Part shown: positions 11,270 through 24,190 of the stretch, piece by piece
Layout of the letters: each line of letters begins with the position of its first letter
Position numbering within the stretch: position 1 is the first letter of the stretch
Translations under genes and position numbers: made by a program
Origin: Octopus sinensis
Lineage: Eukaryota
Length of the DNA stretch: 64,000 nucleotides
Assembly (NCBI RefSeq): GCF_006345805.1
Contig: NC_042998.1
Coordinates: 203,484,001 to 203,548,000 of the forward strand
Direction: 5' to 3'
Notes under the pieces: model-generated
What the model saw: only the letters and a program-made list of their open reading frames with translations
Databases searched by the model: none
Told to the model about the DNA's origin: nothing

Positions 11270-11700
11270 ATGACAAAAGGAGACATACCAAAGTATTTAC
11301 AAATTCAATTTTTGTATTCAAAATCGAAACACTATGACCCGGCAACGCCGGGTCATAGTGATAGAGCATGCATATACAGCTGCGTGCGTGCGCACGCACA
11401 TACACGAGAGTACTGTCCAAATCTCCGACCAATCACATACAGCTAGCTGGCATTCAATTGGCGTATCAAGTTTCAGGCATTTTGATTGGGTTTTGGATAG
11501 AAAATTCACAAAAAATCACTTCTATTGATTTTTAATGGTTTTGCGGGGTGAGTGGGGAAGTGTAAAGATGTGCACGACCCACCTTGGACGGTTTTGAATG
11601 ACCATAGAAAGTGCGAGCCCTCTAACTGAAAAATTGTGGATTTGTATAAAGGACACACACACATACAGACATTTTGCCGTTTATATATAGAGAGATATGA
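11270..11700. mobile_element. Helitron-like fragments
   Basis: Perfect hairpin CACTATGACCCGGC-AAC-GCCGGGTCATAGTG; minus strand TCTCTATATATAAACGGCAAAATGTC resembles a Helitron 5' start near 11695. Confidence 0.4.
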
Positions 11701-11747
11701 AAACACAGTACAAAGTTAATTTTGCAACAAACTCATAAAGTTATATT

Positions 11748-11877
11748 GCTCCAAACCACATGGTTCCGGGTTCAGTCCCATTGCGTGGCACCTTCGGTGT
11801 CTTCTACTATAGCCTCGGGCCGACCAAACCTTTGTGAAAAGATTTGGTATATGGAAACTGAAAGAAGCCCGTCGTAA

Positions 11878-11929
<52 letters not shown>

Positions 11930-12125
11930 TTGTGTGTATGTGTTTGTCCTCCCCACCATCGCTTCACAACCGATGTTGGTGTGTTTACATCCCCGTAATC
12001 TGGCGGTTCAGCAAAAGATCCCAGTAGAATAAGTACTAGGCATACAAAGAATAAGTCCTGGGTTAGGTTTATTCGACTAAAGGCGTGCTCCAGCATGGCC
12101 ACAGTCAAATGACTGAAACAAGTAA
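11748..12125 (+). mobile_element. SINE family A
   Basis: Homology to other copies. Confidence 0.8.
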
Positions 12126-12779
12126 GACAATGAAAACGCGTAATTTAAATTCTTATACGTTTTAAGCGTAAAACTAAAAGAAAGATGAACATTGTAGAAA
12201 GTGCAACAACCTTTTGGGTCTAAACTCGATGTTTGTAAAGTTATTCAGGTAGATTTTGGTTATCTCACCCCCATTAAAAAATTGCCATTAAAAAAATTGT
12301 GTTATCTCCCCACTAAAAAATCGGGTTTATGTGGCGACAAGAGATTGGATTAAAAGAGTTAGAACCTTTTGATTCAGTACTTCAACACATTCTTGACGTT
12401 TGGCCTCTTCAATAGGAATGGAATGGCTTGTTATAGAAATATTATCAGGCGCAGGAGTGGCTGTGTGGTAAGTAGCTTGCTTACCAACAACATGGTTCCG
12501 GGTTCAGTCCCACTGCGTGGCACCTTGGGCGAGTGTCTTCTACTATAGCTTCGAGCCAACCAAACCCTTGTGAGTGGATTTGGTAGATGGAAACTGAAAG
12601 AAGCCCGTTGTATATATATATATATTATTGAAGTAGATAAATGAATTATCTTATTACGGATTATTCAAATGATAACCGATACCTGGGTAGCAAAAATCAC
12701 GACAGAAAAAGCACGGTTGAGGTTACGACCATGGGGTCTAAAATCCGTGCCTTAGTGCGGAAATTTGAAGTTTTATATA

Positions 12780-15230
12780 TTTAGTGTAGGAAGAAATGGA
12801 GCTGAACGAAGACTTAACAAAATTCCTTTTTATTATTTTCTACATATGTTTCAAAAGCTGCAAAGTCCCTAATTCGGATTGAATAAGGAGACCATTTTGC
12901 AGCCTTCTCGTCAGGAAAATCCAGGAACTTAATTCTCCAACAAAATGCACAGCAAGCTTTTCGACAAACGCTCACGAGGAGCCCATGGAATAAATGGCAC
13001 AAACTGTCTGTCAATATGCGTTGACGCCAGGCTGGGTGAAAGCCGACGAAAAAGTCCGTTGAGATAATTCAAGGTCAAAATCCGGTTAACAGAAGGGGAG
13101 TACAGGAAAATCAAAGAGTGTGAATGTATTCTGTATGACTGGTATTAATATTTGAATTGTTTTAAGAATTAGTGCTAGTTTGTTTGAGTGTGAGAAATTG
13201 CATTCATGTATGTGTGTGTGCGTCTATGTATGTGTGGCAGTGTGTTTAGAAGGGAGCAAGGGAGAGAGATACAGCAGATATTAATGGTCAAGCAACAGAA
13301 AAGACTGTGTCTGTGTGTTCGTCTGTAACCAGTTGATATCAGAATGCGTTCGTATTGTTTTAGCCTCCGAATGACGCTACCCCGCTGGCTAAGCGAGCAG
13401 GCCAACAGAAGAAAGAGTGGGAGAAAGAGTGGTGGAAGAGTACAGCAGGGATCACCACCCCCTGCCGGAGCCTCATGGAGCTTTTCAAGTGTTTTCGCTC
13501 AATAAGCACTCACAACGCCCGGTCTGGGAATCGAAACCGCGATCCTACGACCGCGAGTCCGCTGCCCTAACCACTGGGCCATTGCGCCTCCACACACACG
13601 TGTGTGTGTGTGTGTGTGTGTGTGTACACACACAAAAGTAGGATTCAACTACGCATTTCTTTCGAGAATCAAATATTTCTTCTTCATCTTCTGCAATTCC
13701 ATCAGAGAATATTTGTCTTTTTACGTCCTGTGTTGCCTAAATTCCGTATCAATATCACATTTTTTGAGCAAACCCAGTAACTTCCTTTTCAGTCTGTTTA
13801 AATTGAAATTTATATTCATTTCGCATATTTTTCGGTTCTTTTTTTTTTTCTTTTTCTGAAAAAGCTGACTCAGATAAGAAACTGTTACCAGATCTCGCCT
13901 ACGATTATGTAAATATACGGATAAACTGAAAACCTTGTCTAGCACTTCACTGTAGAATATCAGAATAGTTAAGACTTCGTAAGTATTGACTATTTCAGGT
14001 ACACCTTTTATGTCGGGGCTGTGTAGGAATATGATTTTTATCAGAATCTCCAGAATTCTTTGTGGAACAGCTGTCAGTCCCGATAGATTCCCAAACACAC
14101 TCTACTTTTTCCTGGATGCCTATTTTGTATCACAAATTTTCTTCAGAACCATTGCGAAAGATCTGACATGAATGTGTCATTTTTTCAGAACTGAAAAACA
14201 AGTTAATCTGCCAGAAAAACAAAACACAAACCGAGTTTGGACATTGGTGCTTACTGCAAAAAGCAAAGTCAAGTTATATATGCAGTTGTATGAAATGAGT
14301 GAATCTGGAGGTTTACTCGATGTGATGTTCGCATCATTGTGAGACTGACCAAAAGAAACAATAACAGTTCAAGGTTTTTGATTATTGGAAATACCTTCAG
14401 ACTTTACTCCAGGTAATTCGCTGAATTAAGTGGCATAAATTGCTCCACTACATTTCAGTTTACTGCTACATATCGATACCCGATAAAGAAAATTCGTCAG
14501 CTGTGCTGAAATCAATAGCGAAGTCGACAATTATTACGAAATACTTGATTTTGACTTCTTTGATAGAATCTACGCTGCGAAGGTCTGTATCGGACCAGTT
14601 CTCACGCTACAGTTGAAATACGTTGCATTTCCATTATTCAATAATAATTGCTGATCCAACCTTTCATTTTGTGGTAAAAACCTTAATCATTTTTGTTTGT
14701 CTATTTGTATTTGGGGCATCGCAACCTTGATAACTGCGATAACATCGGAATGGTAGTCTGTTTTCCAAATAGAGAACTGTGTGTATTAAGTTGGGGGAAA
14801 AGTCCTGTCGCATGTTTTACCTCATTACTTTAAGGGTACTTTTTAATGCTTACCATAAAATGAGCATTAACCTTCACGTTTTAATCTGCTTTTTTTTTGT
14901 TTTTGTTTCCTTTCTCTTCAGATTACTTCATACCGTAGTGGTAAAATTCATATCGATTTTACCCCTTTAAAATGAGTTTAAATCAAATCTATAATGCCAA
15001 CTCTTTGAATTCAAAAACAGCTTTTCAAAATTAGAAACAGCAAGAAACATTTGTTCTGTCTACGAAAATGAAACTTTCGGACATGTCAACGAGGGTTTGG
15101 CCAGTGTCCCTCGGGAAATTCTTCTCTCGCAGATTCTCCTTGCTCAGGACAACCAAGATCTGTCGTTTCTGAGTTTCTGAACACCGTAGTTGAGAAGAAC
15201 CCAAGGCAGACTGCAAGCGAATTGACAAAA
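12780..15230 (-). mobile_element. Heavily decayed hAT transposase (ZMYM1-like/Tip100 type) with a SINE D insertion
   Basis: Minus strand fragments NGNATYF, IKEVKIKYFVIIVD (hAT first Asp), GQSHNDAN, LIFYSEVLDKVFSLSVYL, and an ASxER-like remnant near 12960-13000; many stops and frameshifts. Confidence 0.55.
13380..13592 (-). mobile_element. tRNA-derived SINE family D
   Basis: Head GGAGGCGCAATGGCCCAGTGGTTAGGGCAGCGGACTCGCGGTC...GGTTTCGATTCC. Confidence 0.8.
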
Positions 15231-15440
15231 CAATTCAAGTCACACTTCGATCATAAAATACCTTGATGATCTTGGGGGAGTGTCTAAGCTAGCTCAGTGG
15301 CTTCCTTATTATCTGACTGTCTCGACCCAACCAAGGAGTCGTCCTCTGCTCGTCATTAACGAGTTGAAATGCTATTGAACTATCCTTGGCTTGAATCATC
15401 ACCAGTGAGGAAATGAAAGTGGGTTGTCTGCTCTCTACAA
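15215..15440 (+). mobile_element. Mariner transposase fragment
   Basis: Decayed VSKLAQWLPY and IIT.E..KWV-like sequence. Confidence 0.4.
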
Positions 15441-15779
15441 TCGGGTGGGTGGATGCACTGCCAGGCTTTGCTCTGTCAGGACTCACAACTGACGACGGGT
15501 GGATGCACTGCCAGGCGCAACCCTCCGTGGTACACTCTTTGGTGTTAGTCAGTTGGTGGGTGGGTGGGTGCTCTGGATGGTTAGATGGTGGTTGTTTGCT
15601 TATCCTGGGTGGATGGGAGGGGGTCCGCACCTCCTTTAAGTTCAACTTAATCGTTTCAGCCATGTGCTCATGGAAATTGCTGCTCAGTAATTTAGTATGT
15701 ACAAGAATAAGTTCACAAACATACGGCGGCCAGGAGCCGTAAAACTGGCGGCCTGCAGGTCAGGGACGGGGCCCGCTGG

Positions 15780-16270
15780 TCAGGTTGGCCGTGTGACCTC
15801 CCCACGCTCGGCCGCTCTGTGACCTTCCCCTGTGGAGGACAACGGACCATCTCATCCGCGCGGTACAGTTAGTGATCCTACAGATAAGGACCTTGTCAGC
15901 GTCGGATGTCGCGTGCTGCGCATGACGTTGACTTACTCTAGAAATAGACAGGGCCTTTTTACGCTATTTTATCCTACTCATACTCTGGTAGTTACGGGTA
16001 CTCAGCCCCCGCCGGACTTGGCCTAAGACCCCTTCCATGACGACCACTCTCTTTTTTTACAAGTGGCGAGGGACGAGTTTCCGTTACCTATTTCCTGCGC
16101 GTCATGTTCCATAGCCTGTCCGCTGTGTCCTCAGCGCTTCTCTTCTCCCCGACGCCGGGGAGAACATACAGATCGTAGGCAGGGCGTGAAGCCGGTCTAC
16201 AAATGTAGCAAGTGTGATAGGGAGAGTGGAGACCTTCATTCTAAAAACAATAACATCCAACGAAAATGAC
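15780..16270 (+). mobile_element. Possible 5' end of an R2-group (RLE) retroelement with N-terminal zinc-finger-like motifs
   Basis: CPLCPQRFSSPRRRGEH and VYKCSKCDRESGDLHS after a GC-rich leader; no RT follows. Confidence 0.35.
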
Positions 16271-16559
16271 AGTGGTGAGCAACCAATGAAAAATAAGAAC
16301 CCATTCTTAAACCAGGACTACACCCGAAAGAGGTCGCAGTGTATCTGATATCCTCACTGCTTGAGAGACACAATAAGAATGATCTCGTTTGAGATTACAA
16401 CCATCTTTGGCTGGTTTGACCCTGTTGTGTCCACTGATCTGATTGGTTGGCATCTAGCGCGGTCTGTCTCTCTACTTATTTCGCGCCAGAGTGTAAAGCC
16501 AACCAATCACGGCCTTCGGTTAAGATGCCCTTCTTTGAGCCAGTTTAAATAACTCCTTA

Positions 16560-17510
16560 AATAAGCTAACATTTTCACTATTCTCCGTCTTTCGACTCCA
16601 AACCTTCTAAGGTCTAGTCACTGACCACAGAGCTACACAGCCATGTTCCAGTTCCAGCAACAGGATATCAGATACACCACAAGGCCATGTTCTATTCTTG
16701 GTGGGATATGAAGGGTATCGTCTATCATAAAGTATTAAACCAAAGCGTAACAGTTAGTGCAGAGAAGTATTGTTGCCAAAAGAAAGCGTTGCACAAAAGT
16801 TTGCAGAAAAAAATGCCATCACCGGTCAATCGTAAAGGGACGTTACTCTTGCATGATTTGCAAGACAAAGTATTGCCCAAGTCTCTCAGGAAAGGATTTC
16901 GGCGGCACTAAATATGGCAGTTCTGCTCCTCACCTTCCTTCCACTTTTCACCTTGTTCCATCTGACACTCATCTTTTCAGATCATTGCAACATTATTTGG
17001 AAGGAAAACGATTTATCAATTGTGAAGTGGTTAAAATGATATTGAATGTTTCTTTGCTTTCAAACCTTTTCCCGGGGGGGGGGGAATTAACAGTTTGCAA
17101 AATAGATAGGATTATTGTATCAGTAATGGGGGAGGGGGATGTTATCCTGATTAAGTATATTACTTAAGACCAATGAAACATTTGTTTGTTGTTATAAACC
17201 CAAACAGGAAAATCAAAGTTTGAAAGGTTTTTATCGACTCAAAATACGGCGATCTGCAATACAAACAAGGATTCCTAAATTGGAAGCAAAACCAAACTTC
17301 AACGCAAAAACAGTTTTATGCAGCGAGTTGCTACAGTCTCGACTAAGAACCAACACTGAACACGTCGTGCCGCAAACGGAACAGAACTCCGCGCAGTCGC
17401 ACTGCAGGCATATGACAGCAATCGAGACAATCAAAACCACGTGATCAAAACTAAAATAACAACATTTCTATCAAATTTTGAAATACAACAGAAATTACTT
17501 CCCAACCTAA
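16560..17510. mobile_element. Mariner remnants
   Basis: Plus strand WWDMKGIVYHKVLNQSVTVSAEKYC, LLLHD, LVPSDTHLFRSLQHYLEGKRF; TIR-like AATTACTTCCCAACCTAATA near 17495-17512. Confidence 0.65.
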
Positions 17511-17714
17511 TACACATGGATGAACCTTCAACGTTTCGACCAACAGAATTCAATAGTTTGGTTAACTGAATTACCTGCCCCTGAATTAAGGTGCAAATGG
17601 TTGAGTATTCCACAGACACCTGAGTATTCCCTTAACATAATTCACAAGCAAAACCAGCATAATAAAGTGCGTGATAAAACTGTAACTATTAAATCAATGT
17701 GAAACTTTGGCACA

Positions 17715-17912
17715 AAGCCACGAAATTTGGTGGGGTGGGGTGTAAATTGATTACATCGAACCTAATGCTCAACTGGTGCTTCTTTTGTCGACCCCGAAAA
17801 GAAGAAAGGCAAAGTAGACCTTGGCGGAATTTGAACTCAGAACGTCCAGACGGACGAAATGCCGTTAAGCATTTTCCTGGCGTGCTAATAATGATTCTGC
17901 CAGCTCGCCGCC
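17715..17912 (-). mobile_element. SINE family B
   Basis: Homology to other copies. Confidence 0.75.
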
Positions 17913-18076
17913 TTACTGTAGCTATTAGATGATAGGCACAATCCATTGGAAGAGATTCTGCAGTTTCCAATCAACCAGTTCCACTCACAAGGTGTGAGTC
18001 GACCACAGGTTATACGGAATATTACCTTACCTGCCACGCAGTATTGTCGAACATGGTCATGAAGCGAAATTGTACT

Positions 18077-18122
<46 letters not shown>

Positions 18123-18136
18123 CATACACACATATT

Positions 18137-18644
18137 ATGGCTGCCCCCCTCGTTATCGAGTATGGCCATTGCACGAAGCTTAACTGTGATCGAATGTGAC
18201 TTTTTAGCCCAGCTAAAGATCTACAATGTCTTGTACAGAATTGGCAACTAAAACCTTTACTGGTAATATCCGGCTGTAGTTGTAACTGGGCTTCATGTAC
18301 CTTTGCATGTCGTTTAAGTCCTCCTGCCGAATTACACTCTCTTCCACATGCCCGACAGATATGATTAGTATGGTGCGTAACACCACCACCAGTGGCCAGG
18401 TTGTCACTCATCTGTCTCGCTTTATGACTACGAAGATGACTCATGAGTCCAGTTTTACTAAGGCAGGGTCTTGCACAGACACTGCATGTCAGCATCATAG
18501 TAAGACCCTTCCCATCTGGAAGTGTAACAGCGATGCCTTTCCTGACATCCCTCCTTACTTTCTCATGTGCAACTCTAGATTTCTCAAAAGTAGCTGTCCC
18601 CTCGTGTACAATCCGTCTCCACCTAATACAATCAATAGCTATGC

Positions 18645-18645
<1 letters not shown>
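18137..18645 (-). mobile_element. 3' end of an RTE-clade LINE with three C-terminal C2H2-type fingers, inside (TA)n
   Basis: RWRRIVHEGTATFEKSR (RTE post-RT motif), CSVCARPCLSKTGLMSHLRSH, CRACGRECNSAGGLKRHAKVH, CQFCTRHCRSLAGLKSHIRSQ; 3' end CTCGATAACGAGGGGGGCAGCC. Confidence 0.78.
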
Positions 18646-18694
<49 letters not shown>

Positions 18695-18849
18695 ATATAT
18701 ATGTAGGTCCCGGGTTGATTCGGGGTTAACCACAGTAAATAAGGTACTCAATACACAGCAGAGTAAAATTAATTTATTATATAGAAGGAGCTTCTACAGG
18801 ACTAGAACTGTTTCATTCAAGAGAAATCTTCAGGAAGCTAGTTAACAAG

Positions 18850-18954
<105 letters not shown>

Positions 18955-19013
18955 CACACACACATATATATGTATATAATATATAAATTTACGGTTGTAT
19001 ATATAAACTTACG

Positions 19014-19058
<45 letters not shown>

Positions 19059-19509
19059 GGGAAAATAAGAGAATGGAGAGGATGCAAGAACGGCATACAT
19101 CATCCGGTAGACATTCCAATTCTATTTATTCCAAAGTATTAGAAAGTAATAAAAGAATACATACTCATGTAATAACCGGGTGTTTCACACACACATGCGC
19201 TAATATTACAGAAAAGAGCAAACGATCAGATTGTCAGTAAGTGTCAGTTCCTTACGGCCGTTTCTGCCAAGAGGTAACGAAATCCTCCATGCCATCTCCA
19301 TCTCTTTAGTGTTCTGTAGGGATGGGCAGATAAAGTTTGGATGATGAATGTGCCTCTAGGCTTCTTCAGAGGGTCTAAGTGGTTAGGAGGTCTAATACAC
19401 ACAAGAAAGAGTTAACAATAGGTGCGGTGTGTTTGTCTTTTTAAAAGGGAGAACAAGAATAGGGGCAAACATGAGGATGTGAGTGGGGTAACTTTGGAAG
19501 TGAGCTTTT

Positions 19510-19790
19510 ACCTCTATTTGTAATATCAGGATTGGCGGTGCGTTTTGTCCTTGAGCACGACACTTTATTTCATGTTGTTCCAGTCCACCCAGCTGGCAAA
19601 AATGAGCAGTACCTGTATTTCAAAGGGGCCAGCCTTGTTACCCCCTGTGTCCCGCAGAATCTCCCTGAGAACTACGTTAAGGGTACACGTGTCTGTGGAG
19701 TGCTCAACCACTTGCACGTTAATTTCACGAGCAGGCTGTTCCATTGATCGGATCAACTGGAACCCTCGTCGTCGTAACCGACGGAATGCC
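19510..19790 (+). mobile_element. SINE family E
   Basis: Homologous to 3188-3376 and 44947-45280. Confidence 0.75.
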
Positions 19791-19859
19791 TGTTAATATC
19801 GGGAAATATGGCATCCATACGATAATTATAATATAACTTATCAAATTTCTTGATGCTTA

Positions 19860-21000
19860 AATTGGGTTGCCAGATAAATGCGTTCGTTTCTTTCTAGTGT
19901 TATTTGAATAAATACGAAAAATATTTTTATCATACTGTATATGATTTCATTTTTTTTCTTCCGTAGTTCTATACCTCCTCTACAGATTGTGTTTATCGTT
20001 TTTGAAATGTAAACGAATGTTATGGATTTTCAGACGAGACGATGAAGTCCCAGCAGAAGAAGACAAGCAGTTTTTGCCCGCCTGATACTCTTTGCTTTCA
20101 ATCATGGCTCCGAAGCTGACAAAGCTGCACAAAAGAATTGCACTCTGTACGGAGAAGGTCCTATTACTGAAAGAAGAGAACAGAAATGGTTCCCACGCTT
20201 TAAGGGGCACGAATTCGACCTCGAAAACTCTCTGCATTCCGGTCGACATGTTCAGTTCAATGAGGACCGACTGAAGGAGCTCGTCCACGAAGATCCGCAC
20301 AAATCCGCTAGAGAATCGGCTTAGCAGATTAGATCCTCTCATGATACCGTTGCCTCTTCCCGCTCATCTCTTCCCGATGGATAAGGTCCGAAAACTAGGT
20401 GCAGAGCTACCCAACATTCTGATCGAATGAGAGAAATTTCAGCGCTCTTCTCTCGCCACATGCTGGCTCGCTCTTTACCACATCGTCACCGGTGATGAAA
20501 GTGGGTGTCTTTACGCCAATATGAAGTAAAAGAAAGAACAGCTGAGTCCTGACAAAATAAGCAGCGCCTCGAGCCAGTCCAGGGTTACATACACGCAAGA
20601 CTAAAATCTGCGTTTGGGAAGGACTTGTCCAGTAGGAAATGCTTGAAAACAACCACACGGTCAACGTCGAGGTTTACATTCAGCAAATGCACAGGTTCGA
20701 TGAGGCAATCCGGCTGGAATGACCCGATCGGCGACACAGCGTGCTCCCTCCCTTAACATAACAATGTTCCCCACGACACACACACACCACTAATTTGAGC
20801 AAAAATGCTATTCAAGAGATTCGTTGGGAAGTTCTACTGCACCCGCCATACTCTTGCTATAACACCTTCAGATTATAGCCTTCTTTTTTTTTTTTTTTTG
20901 ATCGCTCTTCGACAGTCTGTGAGGTATTTCGCTCAAATACGATATGGAGCTGAAAATTCTTCGATTCAAGACTTGGTGATTTCTACCATCTATGCACTGA
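19860..21000 (+). mobile_element. Decayed mariner element
   Basis: TIR-like ATTGGGTTGCCAGATAAA at 19861; IVTGDE; WEVLLHPPYS..ITPSDYSL (YSPDLAPSD motif). Confidence 0.7.
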
Positions 21001-21029
21001 CAAACCAGAGGAACATTAGCAAGAAGTCA

Positions 21030-21540
21030 TGAACAACGGGTCGACCCCAAAAGGATAATGGACTGAACTGTAACTAATTTGCACAGCCCCTGATAACTCA
21101 CACGGATGGGGATTCGACGATATCCTCTCACAGCTGCTCGGACATCTGCGATGTCTTTCTCAGTCCTGCTGGTTGCGGGTCTCCCAGAATGTTCATCAAT
21201 ATCGATATTTTTTTTCGGCCATCTTTGAAACGTCGGAACCACTCGTACATTCGTGTGACGCTCGTACTCTCCTCTTTATACACTTTCTGCAACTTTGCGC
21301 ATGCTTCTGAACAGGTGTCGTCATGACAACTTTCTCTGTCATGGTCAATGCAACGATCACACGCTACGCACCTTCCTTCCAAGCACTTCTATAAACAGCG
21401 GAAGTGAGCTAGGACGTTAAAACTTTGTGCACATGCACAGCAGAGTTCAAGGTCAATCTTTGTCGAGCAGCTTCGCTCTGCATGCTTTAGCTTCGTTACT
21501 ATAGCAACAGTCCGGATATTTATTGATCAGATCTAGTATA
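21030..21540 (-). mobile_element. Mariner 5' half (HTH region)
   Basis: KLQKVYKEES...MYEWFRRFKDGR, DEHSGRPATSRT; TIR-like TACTAGATCTGATCAATAAATATCCGGACT at the right edge. Confidence 0.7.
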
Positions 21541-22489
21541 ACGTATATAGATACACATCTAATCTCCCCCCTCTCTCTCTCTATATATATGTGTGTGTGT
21601 GTGTGTGTGTCTGTTTGTCTCCCACCATCACTTGTCAACCGGTGTTTATGTTTGCAGTTCGGCAAAAAGTAACCGATAGAATAAAGTGCCAGGTTTTACA
21701 AAAAAAAAAAAAGATATTAAGTATTGGGGTCGATTCTTTCGACTAAAAACTCTTTGAAGGCGGTGCCCCAGCATGGCCGCAGTCTAATGACAGAAACGAG
21801 TAAAAGATGAAAGATATAAGATAATGGAAAGAGAGAGGGAGAGGGAGAGAGGGAGAGAGTAAAAAAGAAAGACAGAGAGAGAGAGAGAGAGAGGAGGAGG
21901 GAGAGAAAACAAACAGTTAATAGTTTTAAGTTTACCATTCGTTGATGTAATGAGGATTACGAGAAAGGAGGAGGAGGAGAAGAAGAAGAGAGAGGAGAGA
22001 AGAAAAGGAAGGCAAATGAGCATTGATTGAGGATAGAAGAGGAGGAGGAGGAATATACTATTGTGTTGTTGTTGTTGTACTTAGCTGCAGGCTCCCTCTT
22101 ACCGCTCTATTTTTAGACTACAACCAACTAAATATACTTTTCCCAACCAGTGTGGACGTGTTTCTCTGTTCCTCTCTTACAACTTATTCAAAGTCAACCC
22201 AGCCCCAGCCCCACCCCACACTCCCACGACCCTTCCTCTCGTTCTTCTTCTTCTTCTTCTCTTCTCTCTCTCTCTCTCTCTCTCTCCCTCTTCTCTCTCC
22301 CTCTTCTCTCTTTCTTATCTTTAGCTTTATTTTATTTCTTTATAATTCTTTATAAGAACAAATCCCTCTCACCCCCTCCACTCTCTCTCTCTCTCTCTCA
22401 CTTTCTCGTTCTTCCATTTTTCTTGTGTTCTTTCTGTTTCTTTATCTGCCGTTTCCTTTCGCCGTTTTCATTTCTTTTTCTACGGCAGA

Positions 22490-22820
22490 CGCAGGAGTGG
22501 CTGCGTGGTAAGTGGCTTGCTTACCAACAACATGGTCCTGAGTGCAAACTAGACGGAAACTGAAAGAAGCCTGTCGTATATATGTATATATATATGCGTG
22601 TGTGTGTTTGTGTGTCTGTGTTCGTCCCTCTAGCATTGCTTGACAACCGATGCTGGTGTGTTTACGTCCACGTCACTTAGCGGTTCGGCAAAAGACACCG
22701 ATAGAATAAGTACTGGGCTTTCAAAGAATAAGTCCCGGGGTCGATTTGCTCGACTAAAGGCGGTGCTCCAGCATGGCCGCAGTCAAATGACTGAAACAAG
22801 TAAAAGAGTAAAGAGTAAAG
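22490..22820 (+). mobile_element. SINE family A, internally deleted
   Basis: Homology to other copies. Confidence 0.8.
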
Positions 22821-22877
22821 ATAAGGTAAGAAAGACACTCAGAACTGACCGCCATTTCTCATGTAAATACGTGTAGA

Positions 22878-24135
22878 CGAGGAGGTACCTCAAAGTAACC
22901 GGAAACGTTCTCTGTGCGACAAGCCCGTTTTAGTTCAGGTTTCCGCCGCGAGAATCCACTTAATGCGACCCTCAGGCATCAGTCCACCAACCGGTGTCGT
23001 CGAGTAAAGTCGTACTGTCACGTAGTGCGTCTTTGTTTTGCTGTGCTTCTCTCCTGTTCGTCGATTTTTTTCGATGGTTGAAACGAAGGAACGGCGTGCT
23101 TCCGTGAAATTCTGTTTTCTGCTGGGGACAACGGGTGGCCAAAACTATTGTCATGCTTCAAACAGCTTACAAGGACGCTGCCAAGAGCAAAACACAAGTC
23201 TACGAGTGATTTTCACGTTTTAGGGATGGTCACTTGTGGCTTGAAAACCAACCTCGTTCAGGAACACCGTCAACTTCCCGAACGAATGAAAACATCACGA
23301 AAATTCATAAACTGATCTTGGAGGACCGTCGCCGAACTTGTTGATACGACTGGTGTGTCCTGGAGCTCCTGCCAAACGGATTTTGAGCGAGGAATTGCGA
23401 ATGCAAAGAGTTGCAATAAAATTTTCTGTCTCGTTTGGTCAGGAAAGATCAAAAGCAGCCACGACTGAACGAACTGTTGGAAGTTGATCCGAATCTTTTT
23501 TCCGAAGGTCATCACTGGTGACGAAAGCTGGTGTTATGGCTCCGGCCCAGAAACGAAGCAGCGATCAAGTCAATGGAAGTATTCAATGTCATCACGCCCC
23601 GCCGCCAAAAAAAAGTGCGTCAAGTGAAGTCTAATGTCAAGACGATGCGAAAGGAATCGTCCACACAGAATTTGGTCCTTCTGGTCAAACAATTAACCAG
23701 ACATCTTACTTAGCAGTTCTGAAGCGTTTTTGAGACGCGGTGAAACGAAAACGCCCCGACCTGTGGCAAAGTGGAGCTTTCATCACGACAATGCGCCTGC
23801 GCACACCGCCTTGAGTATGAGACAGTTTTTGCCAAAAACGGCATGACCTCGCTTACCCACCCTCCCTATTCATCCGATCTTGATCTCTCAGAGTTTTTTT
23901 TTCTGTTCCTCGAATGAAAAAGTCCTCAAAGGAAAACGCTTTGCTGATGTGGAAGAAGTGAAGGAAAATACGATGGAGACGTTAAACAGTATCACTTGGC
24001 AAGAGTTCCAGCATTGCTTCGAACAGTGGAAAACGCGTCTGGACCGGTGGATTGAAGGTGATGAAAGTGGAAACATTTAAAACCAAGTGAATAAAATAAC
24101 ATTGCAAAATTCCGGTTTCTTTTGGGTACCCCTTT
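22878..24135 (+). mobile_element. Near full-length mariner (D,D34D type) element, transposase pseudogenised
   Basis: Imperfect ~27-bp TIRs (CGAGGAGGTACCTCAAAGTAACCGGAA / TTCCGGTTTCTTTTGGGTACCCCTTT), TA at right; MVETKERRASVKFCFLLG from 23074, VITGDESWCYG, HHDNAPAHT, HPPYSSDL, KVLKGKRFADVEEVK. Confidence 0.85.
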
Positions 24136-24158
24136 TATATTGACTGCCATTTTCCCTG

Positions 24159-24190
<32 letters not shown>

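Noticed and set aside
18022-18663. Host C2H2 zinc-finger gene
   Set aside because: Preceded by an RTE post-RT motif, followed by an RTE-like 3' end, and bounded by (TA)n; the ORF start lies in the microsatellite.
18715-18845. Third hammerhead-like motif (minus strand CTGAAGA...GAAAC)
   Set aside because: Stem I does not pair and stem II is weak; at most a decayed Penelope terminus.
19240-19330. Minus strand GAAACGGCCGTA resembling a hammerhead stem III
   Set aside because: No intact CUGANGA upstream.
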